From contig CAYUZS010000003.1 of the NCBI GenBank assembly GCA_964448705.1, positions 9,384 through 73,383 on the forward strand: a DNA stretch of 64,000 nucleotides. The letters are read 5' to 3'. This stretch comes from an uncultured Gammaproteobacteria bacterium (GTDB lineage: Bacteria; Patescibacteriota; Microgenomatia; UBA12405). A model generated the notes under the pieces. The model saw nothing but the letters and a program-made list of their open reading frames with translations, did not search any database and was not told the DNA's origin. Within the stretch, counting starts at the first letter, position 1. Each line of letters opens with the position of its first letter. Made by a program: the position numbers and the translations under genes. Shown piece by piece: positions 40,439 through 49,635 of this stretch.

Positions 40439-42364
40439 ATGACGACTTTAGATTCCTTGGACTTGCAAAATATTTCTCCTGAACAATTGGGCGAACTTCT
40501 TATCGAAGCCAAAAAAGCCTATTACACCACCGGCAAGCCGATTATGGATGATCATACCTACGATACCCTTGAAGAAATTCTTCGTCAAAAATCTCCCTAC
40601 CATAGGATTTTTTCCAAGATCGGCAATCCTAATTTTGATACCGGCTGGGCTAAAAAGAAACACACTATGCCCATGGGTTCACAAAATAAAGTCAACCTCT
40701 ATCAGGACTTGATTCACTATTTTGAGTTGAAAAAAGTTTCTTCTCCAAAACTAGTGGTTCAACCAAAATGTGACGGTGTTTCCCTGGAAATTGAATATCA
40801 AAATGGCCGTTTGGTTGATGCTATCACCCGCGGTGATGGTTTAATCGGTGATGTGATCACTCAAAACGTCATTAAAATGAAAAATTTTGTCCGGAATTTA
40901 CCCGAAGACTTGTCCTGCTCCGTTCGCTGCGAAATAGTTGTCACCAAAAATGATTTTCAAAAACTGAATAGTTTGCCAACTAGCAAAAAAGAATCTTATT
41001 CCAATCCCCGTAATGCCGTTTCCGGTCTTGCTCAGAGACTTGATTCCGAATTTTCCGATCTGTGCACCTTAATGGCAGTCGACATTTATCCTTTTCACAC
41101 CTTTGAATCGGAAAAAATTAACACCCTTAAAAAATTGGGTTTCTCTACTGTTGATTCGATAATTTGTAGTTCCTATGACGAAGTCGAAAATATTTACCGG
41201 GAATTTTTAAACTCAAAAAGAGAAAAATATCCCTATGATATTGATGGTTTAGTAGTAAAAATAGATGATCTCAGTTTGGCTGCTAAACTGGGTGTTAAAA
41301 ATAACCGTCCAAAATATCAGGTTGCCTACAAATTCCCGGCTGATTCTAACCAAACTCAAATTAAAAATATTACCTGGCAGGTTGGGCCGATGGGTTCTGT
41401 CACTCCGGTAGGGGAGGTTGATCCGATTCAACTCTCCGGAGCAGTAGTCACTTTTGCTTCTCTGGGAAATTACGATTTGGTTGTCGGAAAAAATCTTAAC
41501 ATCGGAGATATCGTCGAAATATCCCGCCGCGGAGACGTGATTCCTCATGTTGAAAAAGTTATTACCAAAGTCAACCCCGGCCACATCGACATTCCCACCC
41601 ATTGCCCCTCTTGTCAAACCCTTCTGGTCAAAGAAGATAAATTCCTTCGTTGCCCCAACATTAATTGTTTGTCTCAAATCCTGGGTTCACTCAGATTGTT
41701 TTGCGACACTCTCTCTGTTCTTGGCCTCTCCGACAAAACTATTGCCAAACTCTATCAGGCCAAACGTATTCGTCTTCCTGGTGATTTTTTCACTTTAACC
41801 GTTGACGATATTAAAGACCTGGAAAATTTGGGTGAAAAATCTGCAAAAAATATTATTTTCCAAATCCAATCTAAAAAAAAGCTTACCCTTAGACAGGTTT
41901 TCGATGCCGCCATTATTCCCCATTTTTCAACTCAAAGAATCCAGCAATTGATTACTTCCGGATACGATACTCCCCAAAAGATCCTCAGCTTAACTGTTGA
42001 AGAATTGGAAAGTCTTCCCGGATTCCAAAAGACCTTGGCTAAAAAAGTTATTACCGGTATTCAGCTTCGTCGGCCATGGATCGAATCCATACTCTCTCAA
42101 GTGGAAATCAAAGATCAAAATTCAACCTCTCTTAAATTTTCCGGTCTCTCTTTTGCCATTACCGGTGATCTTTCTCAGCCCCGTCCCAAAATTATTGAAA
42201 TCATTGAAACCAACGGTGGAAAGTTTGTCTCCGCTGTTTCTAAAAACACTAATTATTTACTTACCAACGAAACCGATTCCTCTTCCTCTAAATTTAAAAC
42301 AGCTAAAAAACTTAATATTCCCATCATTAACGAAGAAAAATTTTTTCAAATGATTAAACATTAG
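40439..42364 (+). CDS. ligA: NAD-dependent DNA ligase
   Basis: KCDG, TRGDG, NPRNA, DGLVVK, AYKF, zinc finger, BRCT. Confidence 0.96.
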   Translation: MTTLDSLDLQNISPEQLGELLIEAKKAYYTTGKPIMDDHTYDTLEEILRQKSPYHRIFSKIGNPNFDTGWAKKKHTMPMGSQNKVNLYQDLIHYFELKKVSSPKLVVQPKCDGVSLEIEYQNGRLVDAITRGDGLIGDVITQNVIKMKNFVRNLPEDLSCSVRCEIVVTKNDFQKLNSLPTSKKESYSNPRNAVSGLAQRLDSEFSDLCTLMAVDIYPFHTFESEKINTLKKLGFSTVDSIICSSYDEVENIYREFLNSKREKYPYDIDGLVVKIDDLSLAAKLGVKNNRPKYQVAYKFPADSNQTQIKNITWQVGPMGSVTPVGEVDPIQLSGAVVTFASLGNYDLVVGKNLNIGDIVEISRRGDVIPHVEKVITKVNPGHIDIPTHCPSCQTLLVKEDKFLRCPNINCLSQILGSLRLFCDTLSVLGLSDKTIAKLYQAKRIRLPGDFFTLTVDDIKDLENLGEKSAKNIIFQIQSKKKLTLRQVFDAAIIPHFSTQRIQQLITSGYDTPQKILSLTVEELESLPGFQKTLAKKVITGIQLRRPWIESILSQVEIKDQNSTSLKFSGLSFAITGDLSQPRPKIIEIIETNGGKFVSAVSKNTNYLLTNETDSSSSKFKTAKKLNIPIINEEKFFQMIKH

Positions 42365-42467
42365 CAGTCGGATGTATATACTGCTAACATATATATCAAA
42401 TTAAATATTACCCAATCATAGACATAATTTATATAACAATCTATATCATGATAGAATAAACTAGTCT

Positions 42468-42920
42468 ATGAAACTATTTATCGGTCTTGGAAATCCCGGA
42501 GAAAAATATCAAAATACCCGCCATAACATTGGTAAAACTATTGTTTCTAAGTTAAAACCTGTTCCCGGTAAAAAATTTGCTTCCACTGATAATTATATGA
42601 ATGAATCGGGGATTGGAGTTCAGAAGCTGGTTCATTTCTACAAAATCGAGCCGGAAGATCTTTATCTGATTCATGACGATCTGGATTTGCCGGTAGGGGA
42701 GTATCGTCTTCAATTTGACCGCGGTCCTGCCGGCCATCACGGTGTCGAATCAGTAATCCTACATCTCCATACACAGGCTTTTTGGCGTTTTCGTATCGGT
42801 GTCGGCCATCCCCAAAAAGAAGCTGTTGAAGATTATGTCCTTCGTCCTTTTACTCTTGAAGAAAAGGAGATAATTAGTCAAGTTATTGATAAAATAACTG
42901 ACGAAATCAAAGAAATCTAG
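42468..42920 (+). CDS. pth: Peptidyl-tRNA hydrolase
   Basis: GLGNPG..Y..TRHNIG, YMNESG, HDDLDLP, GHHGV. Confidence 0.95.
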   Translation: MKLFIGLGNPGEKYQNTRHNIGKTIVSKLKPVPGKKFASTDNYMNESGIGVQKLVHFYKIEPEDLYLIHDDLDLPVGEYRLQFDRGPAGHHGVESVILHLHTQAFWRFRIGVGHPQKEAVEDYVLRPFTLEEKEIISQVIDKITDEIKEI

Positions 42921-42993
42921 GGCTCGTAGTTAAACGGTATAACATGTCATTCGCATTGACATATTAGGGGTTCAATTCCCCTCGAGTCCACCA
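42920..42993 (+). tRNA. tRNA-Ala(CGC)
   Basis: Acceptor GGGCTCG/CGAGTCC with G3:U70, anticodon stem TGTCA/TGACA with loop TTCGCAT, T loop TTCAATT, encoded CCA. Confidence 0.93.
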
Positions 42994-43256
42994 CTGTTTT
43001 CCCCATCGCTCGTCCACATTTTCAAGCATTGTATCGGTACATCTAACTCGTTGGCATTTTTACATACTACTACTGCCCCAAAATGGGGATATCCTCCCAA
43101 AAAATAGCATTCTCCTTCCCTCGAGGTACATTCAGATAATTCCACCCCGCCAAATCTAACCACTCTGTGAACCGGGATTTCAACTATTTGCCCATCGTAC
43201 ACTTTCCCGATTCCCGGAACAAAAATATATTCCGGTTTTTGAAATTCCGTTTTCAT
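42972..43256 (-). CDS. Small hypothetical protein
   Basis: 94-aa ORF 12 nt after the upstream gene; 3' end overlaps the tRNA antisense. Confidence 0.45.
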   Translation of the reverse strand: MKTEFQKPEYIFVPGIGKVYDGQIVEIPVHRVVRFGGVELSECTSREGECYFLGGYPHFGAVVVCKNANELDVPIQCLKMWTSDGENSGGLEGN

Positions 43257-43268
43257 TTAAGGGGAATT

Positions 43269-43781
43269 TTATCTAAGTTCTAAGGAATTTACAAATTTAT
43301 TGAACTCTTCGTCATATTTTATGTTTTCATTAGAGTTGGCCGTCATCGCCGCTGTCAACACTTTTCCTTCTTTAATTAAAAAAACTGTTCTTTCATATCC
43401 TTCATTTTTCAAAAATGTTATTCCGGTTGTATTTTGCCATTCGATTTTTTCTTCTTTATATTTCTCCTTGTTCAAACGTCTCATCTGCACTCCCGATATT
43501 TCCTCAAAATCATTGACTGCCGTATCTTTTAATGTCACTACTATCTGGCTTAAAATTCCGCTTTTGCCAATCAGCAGCCAATTTCCGTTTTCTTCTCTCA
43601 ATTCATATTTGTTTTCATAGGAAAAACTTAATTCTTTTCCGTCATAACGAATATACTCCATCGGTGTTGGAGTCGCTGCTTTTTTGCTTTGGTCGTCAAT
43701 TTTGCCTTTAGCCGGGGCATTCAGCCACCACCACCCTCCGGCACCGATTATTAATAATAATATTATTAATTTCTTCTTCAT
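43269..43781 (-). CDS. Membrane-anchored PsbP-like protein
   Basis: N-terminal TM, Y....LSFSY, C-terminal FNKFVNSLEL. Confidence 0.6.
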   Translation of the reverse strand: MKKKLIILLLIIGAGGWWWLNAPAKGKIDDQSKKAATPTPMEYIRYDGKELSFSYENKYELREENGNWLLIGKSGILSQIVVTLKDTAVNDFEEISGVQMRRLNKEKYKEEKIEWQNTTGITFLKNEGYERTVFLIKEGKVLTAAMTANSNENIKYDEEFNKFVNSLELR

Positions 43782-44459
43782 CTACTTTTCCCTGTCTTTA
43801 CCCAAGATGATTAAAATATCTGCTTGGGGAGGAACTTCTCCTGCCGGTAAATTAACCACTTTTGCTTCTAAAAAAGTTCCTAAATCATTCAATATCTCAC
43901 TATACTTTCCTGAAACATCAACAATTATTGTCTGTTGATAGTTTTTATTAACTGCCTCACTTTTTTGATTTATAACAAAGTCCGGAAACTGTTCAGATAA
44001 TTCCTTTTCCATCTTCGTGCCAAGACTTGAAACCTGAGTCCCATTATAAATGGCAATTTTTGGTGGAGTATTGTCTATCACCGTGGTCCTGAATTGTGTC
44101 AGTTCGGCATTTGTTGACGCCGGATTATTGTTGGCTGTAGCCACCATTGCCACATCAACGATCTTATCCGTTTCTGGACGGTATAAAATTGCTTTTCCAC
44201 TGTCCCGATAAATCAAAACTTTGTCTCCATTCTTCGCACTTTTAAAAAAGTTATCCGAAGCCAACTTTTCCGCATCTGTTACTGTCGCCAAAGTTACCTG
44301 TCCTTCAGGTAAAACCATTAATCTGGCAACTTTTTCCGCCACCAATTCCACCTCTTCCTTACCCCTTTTGGAATTAAATTTCCAACCCCAGTTAACCAAC
44401 ATCACTATCATTCCCAAAAATACCAATCCTGCAATCAGTTTTAAATTTTTATTTTTCAT
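43782..44459 (-). CDS. Membrane protein with LytR C-terminal domain
   Basis: IAIYNGT..LG..T.IVD..ADILIILGKD; start taken as ATG 44459. Confidence 0.75.
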   Translation of the reverse strand: MKNKNLKLIAGLVFLGMIVMLVNWGWKFNSKRGKEEVELVAEKVARLMVLPEGQVTLATVTDAEKLASDNFFKSAKNGDKVLIYRDSGKAILYRPETDKIVDVAMVATANNNPASTNAELTQFRTTVIDNTPPKIAIYNGTQVSSLGTKMEKELSEQFPDFVINQKSEAVNKNYQQTIIVDVSGKYSEILNDLGTFLEAKVVNLPAGEVPPQADILIILGKDREK

Positions 44460-44472
44460 TGTGTTGCTGTCT

Positions 44473-47400
44473 TTAAAAAGTATAACTCTGTTTACTGCCG
44501 CTGCTAAACCAGGCACCGTGTCTCATTAATTGATTAGCACTGGGGCCGGTTCTTAATGTTGTGAAGGAGAATGGTGTTGCTTGCGTACCCGACCAGGTTC
44601 CGCTGCCGTTCGGATCTATCGCCCAGCTTTTCCAAAAATAAGTTGTCGATTGTATTAACGGATTACTGGAAAGTACAGTATATACTGCTGTCGTCCCTAC
44701 GGAATAATATAATCCGGAAACGTTTTGGCCAGACCATCCAATTTGGGAACTTGTTTGATCGACTATTTGGCAGCCGGCTGTCATTCCGGAGTCAGTGCAT
44801 ATTTGAATCCGGTATTGTAAATTATCGCCATCAGCATCCGTACTTACAGTTTTATATGTTGGCTCTAACAACTGTCCGATACCTCCGTTATCCGGTAACA
44901 GTAAACTTGGTATTTCCGGAGCATTATTGCTTGTCGTTCTGGCTTTCCACGCTGCATACCGATAATTTAAACCTGATTTATTGGTTTCTCCGGCAGTTCC
45001 TAAAGTAAACCCTGTAGTGCCCGTTCCAGTTACTGCATTAGATATTGTGGCTGCATTTACAAATGGTAAAACCCCATTGGTGGCCATTTCCGGAGTTTTA
45101 GATACCGCTCTGGTACCACCGACTCCTTTTACCCACAGATAATCCGGTTGTAAACCGGTATTAATTCCTTTTGCCGCTCCGCTTCCGGCGTATGTTCCCA
45201 GAGTAAATCCCACTCCTGCTTTAAAACCGAAAAAATAGTAAATATTTGCGGCTGTATTTACGTTTGAAGATGTTCCCAGTTGAAATCCGTTAGAAGTTAT
45301 AGACTGAATCATATTAGTCGTCTCTGCTGAGGCTGTAAGAAAACTCGTCACATCTCCCGTCATGTTCGCCGTTTTAAAAACCGGTGCTCCGCTTCCGCTT
45401 CTTTTAATTGCTACCAAATCCGGTTGATAGGGAAGTCTTCCTACATTAACATTATCCAGACCGTTTCCATAATATGCTCCGATAAAGAAATCTTTCGATC
45501 CGGATTGCTTTTGCGGATTCCAGGCATTCCCGAATGCTGTCCAATAATAGGTTGTTCCTGAAGTATTAACCGAACCATTGCTGCCGACAGTAAATCCATT
45601 GTTGTTTAAAGAGGTGATTGCTTCCGCTAAGTTGGCGGTGGTTGCTCCTAGGTATCCCGAAGCATTTCCGGTCATAATCCTGGTTCTGAATATTCCATAA
45701 GAAGTGCTTCCACCTTTAATGATTACTAAGTCCGGTTCAAAGACCATATTGCCGATAATTTGGGCATTTCCAGTCCCTGTGTACGAACCAGTAGTCATTA
45801 GGAAGTTGCCGTCGGTATTAATTTCCGTGCTTCCTTTAAACGTTGCCCAATAAAGGGTGTTGCCTACCCCTGCCACTGTACCATTACTGCCTAAAGTAAA
45901 TCCATTGTCAGTTAATCCGGTAATCGCGTTTGTTAAATTTGCAGTTGCCACAAAATGACTGGAACTGCCGCTTAATGTTTCTACCGAATTAGCAACTGCT
46001 CCTGAAGTTCCCACATTGGCATTTTTTAAAAACATCCAATCCGGTTTAAACCCTACTGAATTAATGTAAGCTGTTGTTCCGATTCCGATAGTTGTTCCCA
46101 CCCCGATTGCTCCGTCAACATTTTTAAAAGCAGCATAATAGTAAATACCCGAGGAGACATTATTGGAAACTCCCACCCCAAAGGTTCCTGTTCCCATGGA
46201 AGTAAAATAATCTCCGGCAGTTGATTGGGTACTGGCATGAAAATATTGACCGACATTTGTCGGCATCACTGATGATTTCCAACCGGCAGCCACTGCCGTC
46301 GATCTTTTTACCCAAACTAAGTCCGGAGTAAAACCGGTACTAATACTTCTGGGAGAAGAACCGTTTCCGGTAAAAGCACCTACACAAAATACTCCACTGG
46401 AAGTACAGTCTGATCCGGCAAATGCTGTCCAGGTGTATCTTGAATTAGCAGTCGCTGCTGTACCGACAACTGTAAATCCATCATCTTCTAAAGTAATCAG
46501 TCCGGCAGTGCTGTCTGCTGAAGCTGATCCTAAAAAGGCCACCGTGCCATTGGCCATGATATTGGTTTTAAAAATAGTGGCCGTGGTATTGGAATCAGAT
46601 TTCAAAACCACCATTTCCGGTTTAAACCCTAAACCGGTTATCCGATTAAAATAACCGGAACCAATGTAGTAGCCGGTTTTAACATTGTAGGCTTGGGGAG
46701 CAGGAGTTGCTGTGGTCGATCCTATTCCCTCCTGCCACGCCGCATACCGATAATTTAAACCTGATTTATTGGTTTCTCCGGCAGTTCCTAAAGTAAACCC
46801 TGTAGTGCCCGTTCCAGTTACTGCATTAGATATTGTGGCTGCATTTACAAATGGTAAAACCCCATTGGTGGCCATTTCCGGAGTTTTAGATACCGCTCTG
46901 GTACCACCGACTCCTTTTACCCACAGATAATCCGGTTGTAAACCGGTATTAATTCCTTTTGCCGCTCCGCTTCCGGCGTATGTTCCCAGAGTAAATCCCA
47001 CTCCTGCTTTAAAACCGAAAAAATAGTAAATATTTGCGGCTGTATTTACGTTTGAAGATGTTCCCAGTTGAAATCCGTTAGAAGTTATAGACTGAATCAT
47101 ATTAGTCGTCTCTGCTGAGGCTGTAAGAAAACTCGTCACATCTCCCGTCATGTTCGCCGTTTTAAAAACCGGTGCTCCGCTTCCGCTTCTTTTAATTGCT
47201 ACCAAATCCGGTTGATAGGGAAGTCTTCCTACATTAACATTATCCAGACCGTTTCCATAATATGCTCCGATAAAGAAATCTTTCGATCCGGATTGCTTTT
47301 GCGGATTCCAGGCATTCCCGAATGCTGTCCAATAATAGGTTGTTCCTGAAGTATTAACCGAACCATTGCTGCCGACAGTAAATCCATTGTTGTTTAAAGA

Positions 47401-49635
47401 GGTGATTGCTTCCGCTAAGTTGGCGGTGGTTGCTCCTAGGTATCCCGAAGCATTTCCGGTCATAATCCTGGTTCTGAATATTCCATAAGAAGTGCTTCCA
47501 CCTTTAATGATTACTAAGTCCGGTTCAAAGACCATATTGCCGATAATTTGGGCATTTCCAGTCCCTGTGTACGAACCAGTAGTCATTAGGAAGTTGCCGT
47601 CGGTATTAATTTCCGTGCTTCCTTTAAACGTTGCCCAATAAAGGGTGTTGCCTACCCCTGCCACTGTACCATTACTGCCTAAAGTAAATCCATTGTCAGT
47701 TAATCCGGTAATCGCGTTTGTTAAATTTGCAGTTGCCACAAAATGACTGGAACTGCCGCTTAATGTTTCTACCGAATTAGCAACTGCTCCTGAAGTTCCC
47801 ACATTGGCATTTTTTAAAAACATCCAATCCGGTTTAAACCCTACTGAATTAATGTAAGCTGTTGTTCCGATTCCGATAGTTGTTCCCACCCCGATTGCTC
47901 CGTCAACATTTTTAAAAGCAGCATAATAGTAAATACCCGAGGAGACATTATTGGAAACTCCCACCCCAAAGGTTCCTGTTCCCATGGAAGTAAAATAATC
48001 TCCGGCAGTTGATTGGGTACTGGCATGAAAATATTGACCGACATTTGTCGGCATCACTGATGATTTCCAACCGGCAGCCACTGCCGTCGATCTTTTTACC
48101 CAAACTAAGTCCGGAGTAAAACCGGTACTAATACTTCTGGGAGAAGAACCGTTTCCGGTAAAAGCACCTACACAAAATACTCCACTGGAAGTACAGTCTG
48201 ATCCGGCAAATGCTGTCCAGGTGTATCTTGAATTAGCAGTCGCTGCTGTACCGACAACTGTAAATCCATCATCTTCTAAAGTAATCAGTCCGGCAGTGCT
48301 GTCTGCTGAAGCTGATCCTAAAAAGGCCACCGTGCCATTGGCCATGATATTGGTTTTAAAAATAGTGGCCGTGGTATTGGAATCAGATTTCAAAACCACC
48401 ATTTCCGGTTTAAACCCTAAACCGGTTATCCGATTAAAATAACCGGAACCAATGTAGTAGCCGGTTTTAATGTATACCCCGCTTGCCGGCAGATCATCCG
48501 CCGCCACCTGCCAATTCCGCGGTTCAGTAAAAACCAAATCGGTCAATGTTGTCATTGATAGGGGACCGATCAAATAAAATTGCGGACTTATTTCCGGAGC
48601 TTTGTATTCATATCCTAAACTAATCTCTTCACCAGCCTTCAAACTTACATTCCATTCTATTTTTTGGGAAAACTGATTGCTTTCGACATTTTCAAAACCG
48701 ACTAAACCAACTTTTGGCTGATTAACTGTAAAAGACAACGGTACTTCCTCATAAATTTTCCCTACAAAGTCTTGATCAACTTTCAGATTAAGTTGCATCA
48801 TATATTTTTCCGTTGGAAAAATTCTGGTGGCACTTTTTCTCTCCACTTCAAAATCAATTTTTTCCTTAACTTCTACATTATCATTAATAGTGTAAACTCC
48901 GTTTTTAGTGGTCGCTGTCAATTCCAGATTATAAATTCCGCTTTTACTTACCGTAAAATTTGTCCAATAATCAGGTTCCGTAGTTATACCGTGAGTCATA
49001 CATTCGCTGCCGACTTTAATTTCTCCATTAGTTGTGGACAGAGTGGTAGTTTTACCCTCACTATCGGTAATTTTTAACAGTAACTTTGCATCGCACACCA
49101 TTTTTCCTTCTTCGTCCAAAACCGCCATCGCCACCTCCGCTTCTTCACCGACTTGATAAATTGGTTTATTAGGATTAATAGCCAATACTCCCCATAAAAA
49201 ATCCTGTTCTACTTTTGCTCCGGTCTGATCCGTCACTGTAACAATATATTCTCCCGGTTCCAATTGGGTTGGGGGATTAATCGATAAAAAAGTAACTCCC
49301 TGATTATCGTTTTCAACTGTTTCCACTGATATTTGTTTTTGTTTATGAGTAACTTCCACATTTACAGCGTTTTGGTCGTTATTATTTAATTCGATTTCCA
49401 CTTTTTCATCGCTTCTATATACCGCTTTCATGGCTGATTTAAATTTAATCGCAGAACGTTTAATCGCCGAACTTCCAGACATATTATCTTTTTCCATTAC
49501 TTTAGTAATCGGAATATCATTGATTTCAGTTGTTTTTATTTCTTTGTTATTCGTAGCTAAAACTAATCCCGACCGTATAACCGTAGTTGCCAGAAACAAA
49601 AAAAACAAAATTAATATTATTACTCTTTTCTTCAT
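44473..49635 (-). CDS. Giant secreted repeat protein (1720 aa), putative adhesin
   Basis: Signal peptide, MG2-like INPNKPIYQVGE, 12 GxYxGxG..GFxPDxVxxK repeats, FN3-like C-terminal domain. Confidence 0.8.
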   Translation of the reverse strand: MKKRVIILILFFLFLATTVIRSGLVLATNNKEIKTTEINDIPITKVMEKDNMSGSSAIKRSAIKFKSAMKAVYRSDEKVEIELNNNDQNAVNVEVTHKQKQISVETVENDNQGVTFLSINPPTQLEPGEYIVTVTDQTGAKVEQDFLWGVLAINPNKPIYQVGEEAEVAMAVLDEEGKMVCDAKLLLKITDSEGKTTTLSTTNGEIKVGSECMTHGITTEPDYWTNFTVSKSGIYNLELTATTKNGVYTINDNVEVKEKIDFEVERKSATRIFPTEKYMMQLNLKVDQDFVGKIYEEVPLSFTVNQPKVGLVGFENVESNQFSQKIEWNVSLKAGEEISLGYEYKAPEISPQFYLIGPLSMTTLTDLVFTEPRNWQVAADDLPASGVYIKTGYYIGSGYFNRITGLGFKPEMVVLKSDSNTTATIFKTNIMANGTVAFLGSASADSTAGLITLEDDGFTVVGTAATANSRYTWTAFAGSDCTSSGVFCVGAFTGNGSSPRSISTGFTPDLVWVKRSTAVAAGWKSSVMPTNVGQYFHASTQSTAGDYFTSMGTGTFGVGVSNNVSSGIYYYAAFKNVDGAIGVGTTIGIGTTAYINSVGFKPDWMFLKNANVGTSGAVANSVETLSGSSSHFVATANLTNAITGLTDNGFTLGSNGTVAGVGNTLYWATFKGSTEINTDGNFLMTTGSYTGTGNAQIIGNMVFEPDLVIIKGGSTSYGIFRTRIMTGNASGYLGATTANLAEAITSLNNNGFTVGSNGSVNTSGTTYYWTAFGNAWNPQKQSGSKDFFIGAYYGNGLDNVNVGRLPYQPDLVAIKRSGSGAPVFKTANMTGDVTSFLTASAETTNMIQSITSNGFQLGTSSNVNTAANIYYFFGFKAGVGFTLGTYAGSGAAKGINTGLQPDYLWVKGVGGTRAVSKTPEMATNGVLPFVNAATISNAVTGTGTTGFTLGTAGETNKSGLNYRYAAWQEGIGSTTATPAPQAYNVKTGYYIGSGYFNRITGLGFKPEMVVLKSDSNTTATIFKTNIMANGTVAFLGSASADSTAGLITLEDDGFTVVGTAATANSRYTWTAFAGSDCTSSGVFCVGAFTGNGSSPRSISTGFTPDLVWVKRSTAVAAGWKSSVMPTNVGQYFHASTQSTAGDYFTSMGTGTFGVGVSNNVSSGIYYYAAFKNVDGAIGVGTTIGIGTTAYINSVGFKPDWMFLKNANVGTSGAVANSVETLSGSSSHFVATANLTNAITGLTDNGFTLGSNGTVAGVGNTLYWATFKGSTEINTDGNFLMTTGSYTGTGNAQIIGNMVFEPDLVIIKGGSTSYGIFRTRIMTGNASGYLGATTANLAEAITSLNNNGFTVGSNGSVNTSGTTYYWTAFGNAWNPQKQSGSKDFFIGAYYGNGLDNVNVGRLPYQPDLVAIKRSGSGAPVFKTANMTGDVTSFLTASAETTNMIQSITSNGFQLGTSSNVNTAANIYYFFGFKAGVGFTLGTYAGSGAAKGINTGLQPDYLWVKGVGGTRAVSKTPEMATNGVLPFVNAATISNAVTGTGTTGFTLGTAGETNKSGLNYRYAAWKARTTSNNAPEIPSLLLPDNGGIGQLLEPTYKTVSTDADGDNLQYRIQICTDSGMTAGCQIVDQTSSQIGWSGQNVSGLYYSVGTTAVYTVLSSNPLIQSTTYFWKSWAIDPNGSGTWSGTQATPFSFTTLRTGPSANQLMRHGAWFSSGSKQSYTF
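44947..48470. repeat. Near-identical direct repeat, 44947-46682 and 46735-48470 (period 1788 bp)
   Basis: Identical shadow ORFs at 1788-bp offset; by eye only one difference (44953/46741). Confidence 0.95.

Noticed and set aside
42361-42387. Inverted repeat TTAGCAGT..ACTGCTAA after ligA
   Set aside because: 8-bp AT-rich stem with an 11-nt loop and no U-tract; too weak to call
46053-48442. Pairs of identical small ORFs (67 and 73 aa)
   Set aside because: Alternate-frame shadows of the duplicated segment in the 1720-aa gene
44947-48470. DGR template/variable repeat or CRISPR-type array
   Set aside because: The repeat is 1.7 kb, in-frame and lacks adenine-specific mismatches; no reverse transcriptase or cas gene in the window
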